Below, one piece after another: positions 35,666 through 44,625 of a stretch of DNA of 48,865 nt. How positions within the stretch are numbered: position 1 is the first letter of the stretch; each line of letters starts with the position of its first letter. The notes below the pieces were generated by a model. The model saw only the letters and a program-made list of their open reading frames with translations. It was not told where the DNA came from and searched no databases. This DNA is from Candidatus Levyibacteriota bacterium. GTDB lineage: Bacteria; Patescibacteriota; Microgenomatia; Levybacterales; UBA12049. The translations under genes and the position numbers were made by a program. Location: contig DAHWUP010000005.1 of NCBI GenBank assembly GCA_027334565.1, positions 1 to 48,865 of the forward strand, in the 5' to 3' direction.

Positions 35666-37064
35666 AAAAATCCATTTTGTCGGCATCAAGGGTGTGGGAA
35701 TGACCCCGCTTGCTGTCATTGCCAAAGAAGCGGGTTTTGAGGTATCGGGAAGCGATATTAACGAACATTTCATAACCGACGAAGTGCTTGAGAAAGCCGG
35801 TATAAAACCGCAGGTCGGCTTCGATAAATCCCATGTAAACAACGCCGATTTGGTGATTACATCCGGTGCAAACGGAGGATTTGATAACCCCGAGAACGTT
35901 GAGGCAAAAAAATTAAGTATTCCGCTTTTGACCCAGGGGGAGGCGATCGCCAGATTTCAAACAGGAGAATTAACCGAAAAAGCAACGGAAGGAATTTCGG
36001 TTGCGGGAACTCACGGAAAAACAACCACTACGGCGATGATCGCAACTATCCTTAAAGCGAACGGTTTTGACCCCTCTTTTGCTATCGGGACGGGCATGAT
36101 ACCATACCTTGATTCAAGCGGACATTTTGGCAAGGGAAAATATTTTGTCGCAGAGGCCGATGAATATGCTACCGAACCAAATTATGACAAAACCCCAAAA
36201 ATGCATTGGCAGAAACCGAAAATAGGAGTGATCACCAATATCGAATACGACCATCCGGATATCTACCCCTCGATTGAGGAATTAAAGAAGGCTTTTTTAG
36301 TCTTCGCACAAGGGATCGACGCTTCCGGTTCATTAGTGATCAATTTGGACGGGGAGAATGTTAACGACTTGTTGAAAATTTTTAAGGGTAGAATCATAAC
36401 TTACGGGTTTTCGCAGCGCGCCGATTTCTACTTGGACAAGGTAAATGTCGAGGAGGAAAAGACCTTTTTTTGGGTATACAACCGGGGAATGAATCTGGGC
36501 GAATTTTCGATCAATGTCTCGGGAGAGCATAATGCCCTAAATGCGTTGGCTTCGGTTATAGTATGCTTGGAACTTGGAATATCGGTTGAAAACATCAAAA
36601 AAGGTCTTTTGGCCTTCCGAGGAACCAAAAGGCGGATGGAATATGTAAAAACGCTTTCAAGCGGAGCGTTGTTATTTGACGATTATGCACATCACCCGAC
36701 GGAAATAAAAAAAACTTTACAGACACTTAAAAAGATCTATCCGAACAAAAAAATTGTTTGTATATTTCAGCCGCATACATACTCAAGAACAAAAGCTTTG
36801 TTCGAACAATTTATATCGTCGTTTAACGATTCTTATCAGTTGATCATAACCAAGATATATTCCTCAAGACGCGAAACACCCGATCCGAGTGTATCTTCGA
36901 AGCTACTGGCCGAGGCAATCTCCACTACCGGAAAAGATGTTCTGTACTTGGATAATTTTGACGATGTGATAAAATATATCGAACAAAAATCCCCCGATAG
37001 AACATACGTAGTGGTAACTATGGGGGCAGGCGATATTTATAAATTGTCGAATGACTTAAAATAA
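35655..37064 (+). CDS. murC: UDP-N-acetylmuramate--L-alanine ligase MurC
   Basis: 469 aa. Contains IHFVGIKGVGMTPLAVIAKEAGFEVSGSD at the N-terminus, the P-loop GTHGKTTTTA and DDYAHHPTEI. Confidence 0.9.
   Translation: MKIKKIHFVGIKGVGMTPLAVIAKEAGFEVSGSDINEHFITDEVLEKAGIKPQVGFDKSHVNNADLVITSGANGGFDNPENVEAKKLSIPLLTQGEAIARFQTGELTEKATEGISVAGTHGKTTTTAMIATILKANGFDPSFAIGTGMIPYLDSSGHFGKGKYFVAEADEYATEPNYDKTPKMHWQKPKIGVITNIEYDHPDIYPSIEELKKAFLVFAQGIDASGSLVINLDGENVNDLLKIFKGRIITYGFSQRADFYLDKVNVEEEKTFFWVYNRGMNLGEFSINVSGEHNALNALASVIVCLELGISVENIKKGLLAFRGTKRRMEYVKTLSSGALLFDDYAHHPTEIKKTLQTLKKIYPNKKIVCIFQPHTYSRTKALFEQFISSFNDSYQLIITKIYSSRRETPDPSVSSKLLAEAISTTGKDVLYLDNFDDVIKYIEQKSPDRTYVVVTMGAGDIYKLSNDLK
37057..37062 (+). 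promoter_or_regulatory. TAAAAT hexamer 6 nt upstream of ATG 37069
   Basis: Read directly. It overlaps the end of murC. Confidence 0.25.
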
Positions 37065-37068
37065 GCAT

Positions 37069-38397
37069 ATGGAAAAGTTTACTATCAAGGGCGGTAAGAA
37101 ATTAAAAGGAGAGGTTTCCCTGCTTGGTTCCAAGAACGTTGCTCTGAAGGTTTTGGTGGCGGCATGCTTGACCGGTGACGAGGTAACCGTCGAAAACGTC
37201 CCGCTGATATCGGATTTTAGGATAATGGCCGAAATAATCAGGCATCTTGGCGGAAAAGTGGAGTTTTTTGACCACACGGTCAAAATCCGTATGGACGAAT
37301 TTGTCAGCGAAAAAATTGCTTTGGATAAAGCCGCGGAAATCAGAACGTCGTATATGTTTCTGGCTCCGCTTCTATCCAGAGTGGGAAAAGCCGTAATTCC
37401 AAATCCGGGCGGTTGCAGGATCGGAGCCAGGCCGATAGACAGGGTGGTCGAGGGGCTTAAAAAGATGGGAGTCGCCATTACTTATAACAGTAAGGACGGT
37501 TATTTTTATGCCGAGAGCCCCAAAGGATTAAAAGGAACCGTTTATAAGTTTGCCAAAAATACCCACACGGGTACCGAAACGATGATTATGGCCGCCGTGC
37601 TTGCAAAAGGGAAAACCGTTCTTAAAAATGCGGCTCAGGAGCCGGAAATTGACGAATTGATCGGTCTTTTAAACCGAATGGGCGCAAATATATCAAGAAA
37701 AGCGGATAGAACAATCGAAATTAAAGGGGTCGGATCTTTGCACGGTACAAAATTCAAAATCGTTCCGGACAGAAACGAGGCGGTGACCTTTGCGGTGGCG
37801 GCCTTGATCACCGAAGGAGATATTCTTATCAGAAACATCAAAAAAAAAGGACTGGAAGAATTTCTGGAACTTATTGATCTGGCCGGAGGAGGGGTCGAAG
37901 AAAGACGGGACGGAATTAGATTTTTTTACAAAGGCGATCTTAAGCCGACCAATGTTGTCACGTCTTTTTATCCCGGATTTATGACCGATTGGCAAGGACC
38001 CTGGACGGTACTCATGACCAAAGCGGGCGGCGAGTCGACCATGCACGAGACCGTGTACGAAAACAGGTTCACTTATGTAGAGGAGTTGAAAAAAATGGGT
38101 GCCGAAATTACCTTGTATAACCCCAAGATACAAAATCCCGCTAAGGTATATAATTTTAATATCAATGATGACAACGGAAAGAATTTCCATGCCGCAAAAA
38201 TTTCCGGCCCGTCAGTTTTACATAACGGGATCTTGCAGATAACAGATCTTAGGGCAGGCGCCACTCTGGCGTTGGCAGCGCTTGCGGCAAGCGGCGAAAG
38301 CGTTTTGTTCGGAATCGAGCATTTGGAGCGAGGTTATGAGGATTTTGATAAAAGGTTAACCGGTTTGGGTGCGGACATCAAAAGAGTAGAAGAATAA
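37069..38397 (+). CDS. murA: UDP-N-acetylglucosamine 1-carboxyvinyltransferase MurA
   Basis: 442 aa. The N-terminus reads FTIKGGKKLKGEVSLLGSKNVALKVL. The active-site loop is NPGGCRIGARPID and retains the Cys (the fosfomycin-target form). Confidence 0.95.
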   Translation: MEKFTIKGGKKLKGEVSLLGSKNVALKVLVAACLTGDEVTVENVPLISDFRIMAEIIRHLGGKVEFFDHTVKIRMDEFVSEKIALDKAAEIRTSYMFLAPLLSRVGKAVIPNPGGCRIGARPIDRVVEGLKKMGVAITYNSKDGYFYAESPKGLKGTVYKFAKNTHTGTETMIMAAVLAKGKTVLKNAAQEPEIDELIGLLNRMGANISRKADRTIEIKGVGSLHGTKFKIVPDRNEAVTFAVAALITEGDILIRNIKKKGLEEFLELIDLAGGGVEERRDGIRFFYKGDLKPTNVVTSFYPGFMTDWQGPWTVLMTKAGGESTMHETVYENRFTYVEELKKMGAEITLYNPKIQNPAKVYNFNINDDNGKNFHAAKISGPSVLHNGILQITDLRAGATLALAALAASGESVLFGIEHLERGYEDFDKRLTGLGADIKRVEE

Positions 38398-38400
38398 ATT

Positions 38401-39663
38401 ATGAGAAGTAATAATTTGCAGGCGGTTCTTTTGGCGGCAGGGGAATCTTCCAGGATGTACCCCCTCGCCGACGGAAATCATAAATCGATGATCAGGCTTT
38501 TGGGAAAACCTCTTTTGGAGTATACAATCGAAAAACTAAAAAGGGCCGGTATAAACAATTTAATCATAGTCGCTTCCAACAACAAAATAGAATCATATTT
38601 CGGCGATGGTGGCAGGTTCGGTGTGTCGATAAAGTATGCGATACAAGACAAGCCCCAAGGAGCGGGTAACGCCTTGCTTCTTTGCCGAAACTTAATCGAG
38701 AACGATTTCATTTTGCTGAACTCATATCACATCGATATCGATAAATTCATAAATCCCTTGATCAAGGCTATGACCGAGGGAAGTGAAGGAGCGCTTCTGG
38801 TAAAAGAACGTGACAATCCGCAAAACTTCGGCGTAATCGGAACCGAAAAAGAAAGGGTCACCGAAGTTGTCGAGAAACCCCAAAAAGGCGAGGAGCCGTC
38901 AAATTTATGTATCGTCGGCATTTATCTTTTAAATAAATCCTTTATCCGCACACTTATGGAGGTTGCCCCCGAGCACTATCAGTTGGAAACGGCTTTGAAT
39001 AATTTTGTCAAAACCCATCAAGTTAATTGGCTTAAAACCCAAGAGGAAACGGTGGTTTTAAAGTATCCCTGGAACCTGTTCAAAATCAAGGATTACCTGC
39101 TTGGCGGACTTAGCCATTCGATCGGTAAAAACGTCAAAATTTCCGAAAGTGCCCAAATCAGCGGGGAAGTCCATATCGAAGATGGTGTACAAATCCTGGA
39201 AAAGGCTATTATTAAAGGTCCCTGCTTTTTGGGAAAAGATTGCGTTATCGGCACAAATTCGCTGGTGCGTAAGGGTTGTGTCATCGAACAGGATGCGGTG
39301 GTCGGTGGCTATATGGAAATTGCCAATTCGATTTTAATGCGGGGGGCGACGACCCATTCGGGATTTATCGGCGACTCCATTATCGGAGATGGTACCAGGA
39401 TCGGCGCCCAATTTTGCAGTTCCAACGTGAGGATCGACAGGGAACCGGTGCGCGCTTTGGTTAAAGATAAAGAGATTGAAACCGGTTCAAGGCATTTGGG
39501 CGTTATAATCGGAAATAATTCAAGGGTCGGCATTAAAAGTTCTACTATGCCCGGAGTCATTATCGGGTCCGATGTTATTATCGGGCCGTCCACTACCGTT
39601 TTACATAACGTGTACGACGGTAAAAAGTATTACACTAAATTTGCGGAAACCGTTGAAAAATAA
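38401..39663 (+). CDS. bifunctional-type sugar-1-phosphate nucleotidyltransferase with C-terminal LbH domain (GlmU-like, archaeal-type architecture)
   Basis: 420 aa. The N-terminal NTP-transferase motif AVLLAAGESSRMYPL is followed by a long C-terminal hexapeptide-repeat region (IGTNSLV.., VGGYMEI.., IGDSIIGDGTRIG.., IGNNSRVG.., IGSDVIIG). Its position between murA and glmS supports a role in UDP-GlcNAc synthesis. Substrate is unverified. Confidence 0.6.
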   Translation: MRSNNLQAVLLAAGESSRMYPLADGNHKSMIRLLGKPLLEYTIEKLKRAGINNLIIVASNNKIESYFGDGGRFGVSIKYAIQDKPQGAGNALLLCRNLIENDFILLNSYHIDIDKFINPLIKAMTEGSEGALLVKERDNPQNFGVIGTEKERVTEVVEKPQKGEEPSNLCIVGIYLLNKSFIRTLMEVAPEHYQLETALNNFVKTHQVNWLKTQEETVVLKYPWNLFKIKDYLLGGLSHSIGKNVKISESAQISGEVHIEDGVQILEKAIIKGPCFLGKDCVIGTNSLVRKGCVIEQDAVVGGYMEIANSILMRGATTHSGFIGDSIIGDGTRIGAQFCSSNVRIDREPVRALVKDKEIETGSRHLGVIIGNNSRVGIKSSTMPGVIIGSDVIIGPSTTVLHNVYDGKKYYTKFAETVEK

Positions 39664-39700
39664 TGATAGATTCCATTGTTATTATCAATAATTTTTGTGC

Positions 39701-39709
39701 TGTTAAAAT
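39701..39709 (+). promoter_or_regulatory. extended -10 (TGTTAAAAT) 6 nt upstream of ATG 39716
   Basis: TG is at 39701-39702 and TAAAAT at 39704-39709, followed by ttaatt and then ATG. There is no Shine-Dalgarno sequence. Confidence 0.4.
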
Positions 39710-39715
39710 TTAATT

Positions 39716-41479
39716 ATGTGCGGAATATTCGGTTATATCGGTAAGAGACAAAACGCCGCGAAGATCGTACTTGAGGGTCTGAAGCTTCTTGAATACCGTG
39801 GTTACGATTCCTGGGGTATAGCGGTTAAAAGCGGTAAAAGGATAAAGCTTGAAAAACACGTCGGACAGATCGGCGATGCAACCACGGATTTGCCCAAAAG
39901 CGGTTTAGGTATAGGTCATACGCGTTGGGCCACCCACGGCGGAGTGACCGTTGAAAATGCACATCCCCATCTTGATTGCACGCGAAAGATCGCTTTGATG
40001 CATAACGGGATCATTGAAAATTTCGAAGAAATTAAAACGGAGCTTGTCAAAAAGGGTCATAAAATAATCTCCGATGTCGATACCGAAGTCGCGGTGCACC
40101 TTATCGAGGAATATTATAAAACTTCGGATTTTGTCACGGCAACGCTTAAGGCGTTTCGGCAATTTAAGGGACTGAACGCAATCGTCGTTGAGAATTGCGA
40201 TACCAACGAGATAATCGCGGCTAAAAACGGATCACCTTTGATCATCGGAAAAGGCAAGAATGAATATTTTGTTGCCTCCGACGCTTCGGGCATCATCAAA
40301 CATACCAAAACGGTATTTTTCCTGGAGGACGATCAGTTGGCGGTTATCTCGGATGAATTAAAAATTCTTGATATTAAAAGCGGAAAAACGGTAAAGCCAA
40401 AATTTACGAAGCTTAATTGGGAATTCGAAGATACCCAAAAAGGAAATTTTAAGCATTATATTTTAAAGGAGATTTTCGAACAGCCGCACGTTTTGGAAAA
40501 TATCGCGCTTAATTATTCGGACCAGACCGAAAAACTTGCATGGCTTATTCAACGGTCGTACGGCGCATATTTCTTGGGTTGCGGCAGCGCATCCTATGCG
40601 GCACTTTTGGGAACATATCTGTTTTCCAAGGTTGCGAACCGCCATTTGAATTTTAGTATCGGTTCGGAATTCAATTATCTGGAAGGCTACCTGACCGAAA
40701 AAAGTTTGTTAATCCCGATATCCCAAAGCGGTGAGACCATCGACGTGGTGGAACCTGTCATAAAAGCCAGGTTAAGGGGCGTGAAGGTCGCGGCTATCAC
40801 CAACGTCTTGGGTTCGACGCTTTACCGAAATGCCGATTTTAAAATTTTACTCAACGCCGGTATAGAAAAGGCGGTGGTTGCGACCAAAAGTTTTACGGCG
40901 ATGATTTCCGTTCTTCTTTTGACGGCGTATGCGCTGGCCGGCAGAACGAACGAGGGAAGGGAACTGCTGCTTAAAGCTTCGGAAAACGTCTCCGAAATTC
41001 TTAGGGACGGATTTTTAAAACAAATCAAAGACGTGGCCGGAATGATAAAAGACCAGGAGCATATTTATGTTCTGGGAAGAGGGCTTTCATATCCGGTCGC
41101 GCTTGAGACCTCGCTTAAAATCAAGGAGACGGCCTGTGTCCACGCGGAAGGGTTTGCCGGGGGCGAACTAAAGCACGGTGTGATTGCATTGGTTGAAAAA
41201 AGTACTCTTTGTATCGTCATCGCGCCAAACGACGAAACCTACAACGATATCATTTCAAATGCGCAGGAAGTGAAAGCCAGGGGAGCGCTGGTTTTGGGTA
41301 TCGGACCAAGAAAAGATAAAGCATTCGATTTATATTTGAAAACCCGGGACATCAAAGAAGCGACAACCATCCCTCAGGTTGTAATTGCCCAGCTTTTGGC
41401 ATATAATCTGGCTTTAACAAGGGGTATAAAAGATCCGGACAAACCGAGGAATTTAGCCAAATCGGTAACTGTTAAATAA
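39716..41479 (+). CDS. glmS: glutamine--fructose-6-phosphate aminotransferase (isomerizing) GlmS
   Basis: 587 aa. It has the MCGIFGYIG N-terminal nucleophile, two SIS domains and a C-terminal NLAKSVTVK. Confidence 0.95.
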   Translation: MCGIFGYIGKRQNAAKIVLEGLKLLEYRGYDSWGIAVKSGKRIKLEKHVGQIGDATTDLPKSGLGIGHTRWATHGGVTVENAHPHLDCTRKIALMHNGIIENFEEIKTELVKKGHKIISDVDTEVAVHLIEEYYKTSDFVTATLKAFRQFKGLNAIVVENCDTNEIIAAKNGSPLIIGKGKNEYFVASDASGIIKHTKTVFFLEDDQLAVISDELKILDIKSGKTVKPKFTKLNWEFEDTQKGNFKHYILKEIFEQPHVLENIALNYSDQTEKLAWLIQRSYGAYFLGCGSASYAALLGTYLFSKVANRHLNFSIGSEFNYLEGYLTEKSLLIPISQSGETIDVVEPVIKARLRGVKVAAITNVLGSTLYRNADFKILLNAGIEKAVVATKSFTAMISVLLLTAYALAGRTNEGRELLLKASENVSEILRDGFLKQIKDVAGMIKDQEHIYVLGRGLSYPVALETSLKIKETACVHAEGFAGGELKHGVIALVEKSTLCIVIAPNDETYNDIISNAQEVKARGALVLGIGPRKDKAFDLYLKTRDIKEATTIPQVVIAQLLAYNLALTRGIKDPDKPRNLAKSVTVK

Positions 41480-41482
41480 ACT

Positions 41483-42475
41483 ATGTCTTTACCAAAAAAG
41501 CCAAGAATCGTAGTGATCGGCGGAGGAACGGGGTCGTTCGTCGCATTATCCGGCTTAAAAAAATACCCGGTAGATCTAACCGCTATCATTACCATGATGG
41601 ATAGCGGCGGATCAAGCGGAAGACTGCGGGACGAGTTGGGCGTCCTTCCTCCCGGTGATGTCAGGCAATGTCTGGTAGCTCTAGCGACCTCTCCCAAGCT
41701 TTTAAGAGAAATGTTCAACTACCGGTTCGAAGCGGGAGAGCTTAAAGGCCACACTTTCGGCAACATCTTTCTGTCAACCCTTGCCAAAACCACGGGGAGC
41801 ATGAAGAAAGCAATAGCCGAAGTGGGCAGAATCTTAAGGATCCAGGGAAGAGTGGTTCCCGTTACTTATGCCAAAGGCGATTTATGCGTCGAACTTGAAG
41901 ACGGAAGGATAATCGAGGGGGAAACGCATATCGACGAGGTAGAGAAAAGAGAGAAAAGAGCAAAGATCGTGCGCGCCTTCTTAAAACCTCAAGTCGATGC
42001 CAACCCGGATGCGGTTAAGGCGATTTTAAACGCGGACGCGATCGTCATCGGACCGGGGGACCTTTATACCAGCATCATTCCCAATCTTTTGGTCAAAGGT
42101 ATCGTCCCGGCGATCAAAAAATCCCGGGGAAAGAAGATCTTTGTCCTGAATCTAATGACCAAATACGGTCAAACCACCAAGCATAGCGCCAAGGATCATA
42201 TCGATGACCTTATTCGTTATCTGGGAAAAGAGACCGTGGAAGTGGTACTGGTGAATACCAAGACCCCCCGAAAGGAAACTCTGGCCTGGTACGAAGATTT
42301 TGAAGAGTATCCGGTCAAAGACGATCTGGGCGAAAGAGCAAAGTTTTCGATCGTTAGGGCAAACCTGATCCGCGACGTGGTCGTCAACCATAGCCCTTCC
42401 GACTCGCTGAAACGAAGCATAATAAGACACGATTCGGAGAAATTGGCTAAGGCCGTTTGGGATGTTGTAACTTAA
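41483..42475 (+). CDS. yvcK: YvcK/GlmR-like protein (CofD/UPF0052 family)
   Basis: 330 aa. Contains VVIGGGTGSFVALSGLKKY, MMDSGGSSGRLRDELGVLPPGDVRQCLVAL and GPGDLYTSIIPNLL. Confidence 0.85.
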   Translation: MSLPKKPRIVVIGGGTGSFVALSGLKKYPVDLTAIITMMDSGGSSGRLRDELGVLPPGDVRQCLVALATSPKLLREMFNYRFEAGELKGHTFGNIFLSTLAKTTGSMKKAIAEVGRILRIQGRVVPVTYAKGDLCVELEDGRIIEGETHIDEVEKREKRAKIVRAFLKPQVDANPDAVKAILNADAIVIGPGDLYTSIIPNLLVKGIVPAIKKSRGKKIFVLNLMTKYGQTTKHSAKDHIDDLIRYLGKETVEVVLVNTKTPRKETLAWYEDFEEYPVKDDLGERAKFSIVRANLIRDVVVNHSPSDSLKRSIIRHDSEKLAKAVWDVVT

Positions 42476-42508
42476 GAATATACAACCTCGTTTTGGACGC
42501 TTTTTGAG

Positions 42509-42537
42509 TTGAATCTAGATCGTTTGGGTATTATAAT
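42509..42537 (+). promoter_or_regulatory. candidate promoter TTGAAT-17-TATAAT
   Basis: TTGAAT is at 42509-42514, followed by a 17-nt spacer and a perfect TATAAT at 42532-42537, then 7 nt to ATG 42545. The TTG used as start in the ORF track is the -35 hexamer. Confidence 0.5.
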
Positions 42538-42544
42538 TAGGTTT

Positions 42545-43561
42545 ATGGCTCACCTGTTGGGACTTACCCTGCTTTCGTTGTTTTTAACGTCCGTTCTCAT
42601 CGTGCCGTTCATCGATTTTTTATACCGCATAAAACTTAAACGGCAACAGCAAAAAACCGTGGATTTATTCAATAAGCCTACGCCTTTTTTTGACAAATTC
42701 AACGCCTGGAAAGTAGGTACGCCTTTCGGAGGAGGGATACTCATAATTCTGGTGGTTTCGGCTCTTTTTTTATGGTCGTTCGGAATACTCGACATACCCG
42801 TAAACGGCTGGGAATTGTTCGTGATCTTATTTACCTTCATCGGTTTCGGCGTCTTAGGACTTTATGATGATCTCAAAAAGCTGGTCAACGGAAATTCAAA
42901 ACTTCCCTTTTTCGGTTTAAGATTCAGGCATAAATTCCTTTTGCAGTGCATACTGGCGATAATTCCGTCCGTCGTTTTATATTTTAATTTAGGCTATAGC
43001 TTTTTATTCGTGCGAGGGATTGGACAGATTCCCATAGGGCTTTTATATATTCCGTTTGCGGCTTTTGCGATCGTGTCTTTTACCAACGCTTTTAACATCG
43101 CCGACGGACTGGACGGACTGGCGCCCGGACTTTTACTGATCGCTCTGGTTTCTTTTCTGGCAATTTCCTATACAAATGTCGATCCGGCGTTGGGAATTTT
43201 CATCGCCATTTTGATGGGAAGCGTCGCGGCGTTTTTATATTTCAACGTATATAAAGCCCGTATTTGGCTAGGCGATGTCGGCTCGATGTCTTTGGGTGCC
43301 GCTCTGGCAATTATCGGACTTTTAACCGGAAAGGTTTTGGCGCTGGTGGTTATCGGAGGCGTTTTCGTGCTTGAGGTCGGCTCTTCTTTGATCCAAATTC
43401 TGGGTAAGAAATTTTTAAAGCGAAAACTTTTGCCGGTCGCTCCTCTTCATTTATATTTTCAAAAAAGAGGCTGGGACGAGCCGAAAGTGGTTATGCGCGC
43501 ATGGTGGCTGGGTGCGGTATTCGCGATTTTGGGATTATTCCTCGCTCAAATTAGACAATGA
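42545..43561 (+). CDS. mraY: phospho-N-acetylmuramoyl-pentapeptide transferase MraY
   Basis: It has the NAFNIADGLDGLA motif and about 10 TM helices. I prefer ATG 42545 over the tracked TTG 42509. Confidence 0.9.
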   Translation: MAHLLGLTLLSLFLTSVLIVPFIDFLYRIKLKRQQQKTVDLFNKPTPFFDKFNAWKVGTPFGGGILIILVVSALFLWSFGILDIPVNGWELFVILFTFIGFGVLGLYDDLKKLVNGNSKLPFFGLRFRHKFLLQCILAIIPSVVLYFNLGYSFLFVRGIGQIPIGLLYIPFAAFAIVSFTNAFNIADGLDGLAPGLLLIALVSFLAISYTNVDPALGIFIAILMGSVAAFLYFNVYKARIWLGDVGSMSLGAALAIIGLLTGKVLALVVIGGVFVLEVGSSLIQILGKKFLKRKLLPVAPLHLYFQKRGWDEPKVVMRAWWLGAVFAILGLFLAQIRQ

Positions 43562-44622
43562 AAAGAACAGACGTGATCCTGCTTGCCTGTGTTCTATTCC
43601 TGACGTTTTTCGGTTTGTACATGATCTACGATGCCTCGTCTTATGTCGCATTCCGCGATTTTTTGGACAAATACCATTACGTAAAAGAACAGATCTTTTG
43701 GATCTTCTTAGGAATTTTGGCCATGGGTTTTTTTTCGCGTTTTGATTACCACCGTTTTTATAACCTTGCGATACCGATACTGGTTATCGCCATAGCTCTT
43801 CTTTGCGCGGTTTTTGTGCCGGGTATCGGGGTTAAGCTTCTGGGTGCTAAAAGATGGATAAACTTGCGTTTTACTTTGCTTCAGCCGTCGGAGTTTATGA
43901 AGCTTGCGCTTTCTATTTATCTTGCGGCCTGGTTTTCCAACAAGGAGAAGGGCAGGCTCTGGGCCTTTCTGACCTTATTATCGATTATTATCGCGCTGGT
44001 GGTGCTTGAGCCGGACATGGGAACCGCGGTTATAGTTCTTTTTGAGGGTATAGTCCTGTATTTTTTATCAGGCGCAAAGATCTTTTATTTCATAACGATG
44101 GCACCGGTGATCGCGGTGGTGGGTTTCATCGCCGCCAAACTCGAGCCCTACCGCGCGGCAAGGCTGACGTCGTTTTTGAACGTGAATACCGATTTAAGCA
44201 CCACTTCTTATCATGTCAAACAGATATTGATCGCTTTAGGTTCGGGCGGATTGTTCGGTGTCGGTTTGGGTAATTCCATGCAAAAGTATGCCTATCTTCC
44301 CGAAAATACGACCGATTCGATTTTTGCCATCATTGCGGAAGAGCTGGGGTTTTTGGGCGCGGTTTTGGTGATCGGATTGTTCATACTGGTCATCTGGCGC
44401 GGTTTTCGGATCGCTACCAACGCCAAAGACATGTTCGGTAAGCTTCTTACCGGAGGAATAATCTCGTTTTTGGCGGGACAGATCCTTATCAACCTGGCGG
44501 CCCAGACATCGCTTCTTCCTTTGACTGGAATTCCCCTGCCGTTTATTTCCTACGGCGGCTCGGCACTGATAATTAACTTATCGGCAATCGGAATTTTACT
44601 TAATGTTCAAAGACAGTCATAA
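43558..44622 (+). CDS. ftsW: SEDS-family peptidoglycan glycosyltransferase FtsW
   Basis: 354 aa. Contains LEPDMGTAVIV, PENTTDSIFAIIAEELGF and LTGIPLPFISYGGSA. ATGA-coupled to mraY. Confidence 0.9.
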   Translation: MKRTDVILLACVLFLTFFGLYMIYDASSYVAFRDFLDKYHYVKEQIFWIFLGILAMGFFSRFDYHRFYNLAIPILVIAIALLCAVFVPGIGVKLLGAKRWINLRFTLLQPSEFMKLALSIYLAAWFSNKEKGRLWAFLTLLSIIIALVVLEPDMGTAVIVLFEGIVLYFLSGAKIFYFITMAPVIAVVGFIAAKLEPYRAARLTSFLNVNTDLSTTSYHVKQILIALGSGGLFGVGLGNSMQKYAYLPENTTDSIFAIIAEELGFLGAVLVIGLFILVIWRGFRIATNAKDMFGKLLTGGIISFLAGQILINLAAQTSLLPLTGIPLPFISYGGSALIINLSAIGILLNVQRQS

Positions 44623-44625
44623 CTT

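Noticed and set aside
37056-38190. 140-aa and 165-aa ORFs antisense to murA
   Set aside because: These are shadow frames of a highly conserved gene, with low-complexity translations.
39664-39715. Possible glmS ribozyme upstream of glmS
   Set aside because: The intergenic gap is only 52 nt, far shorter than a glmS ribozyme. It contains a -10 element 6 nt from the ATG instead.
42509-42544. TTG start codon for mraY, as in the ORF track
   Set aside because: The TTG is the first triplet of a TTGAAT -35 hexamer spaced 17 nt from a perfect TATAAT. ATG 42545 follows the -10 by 7 nt and gives a normal MraY N-terminus.
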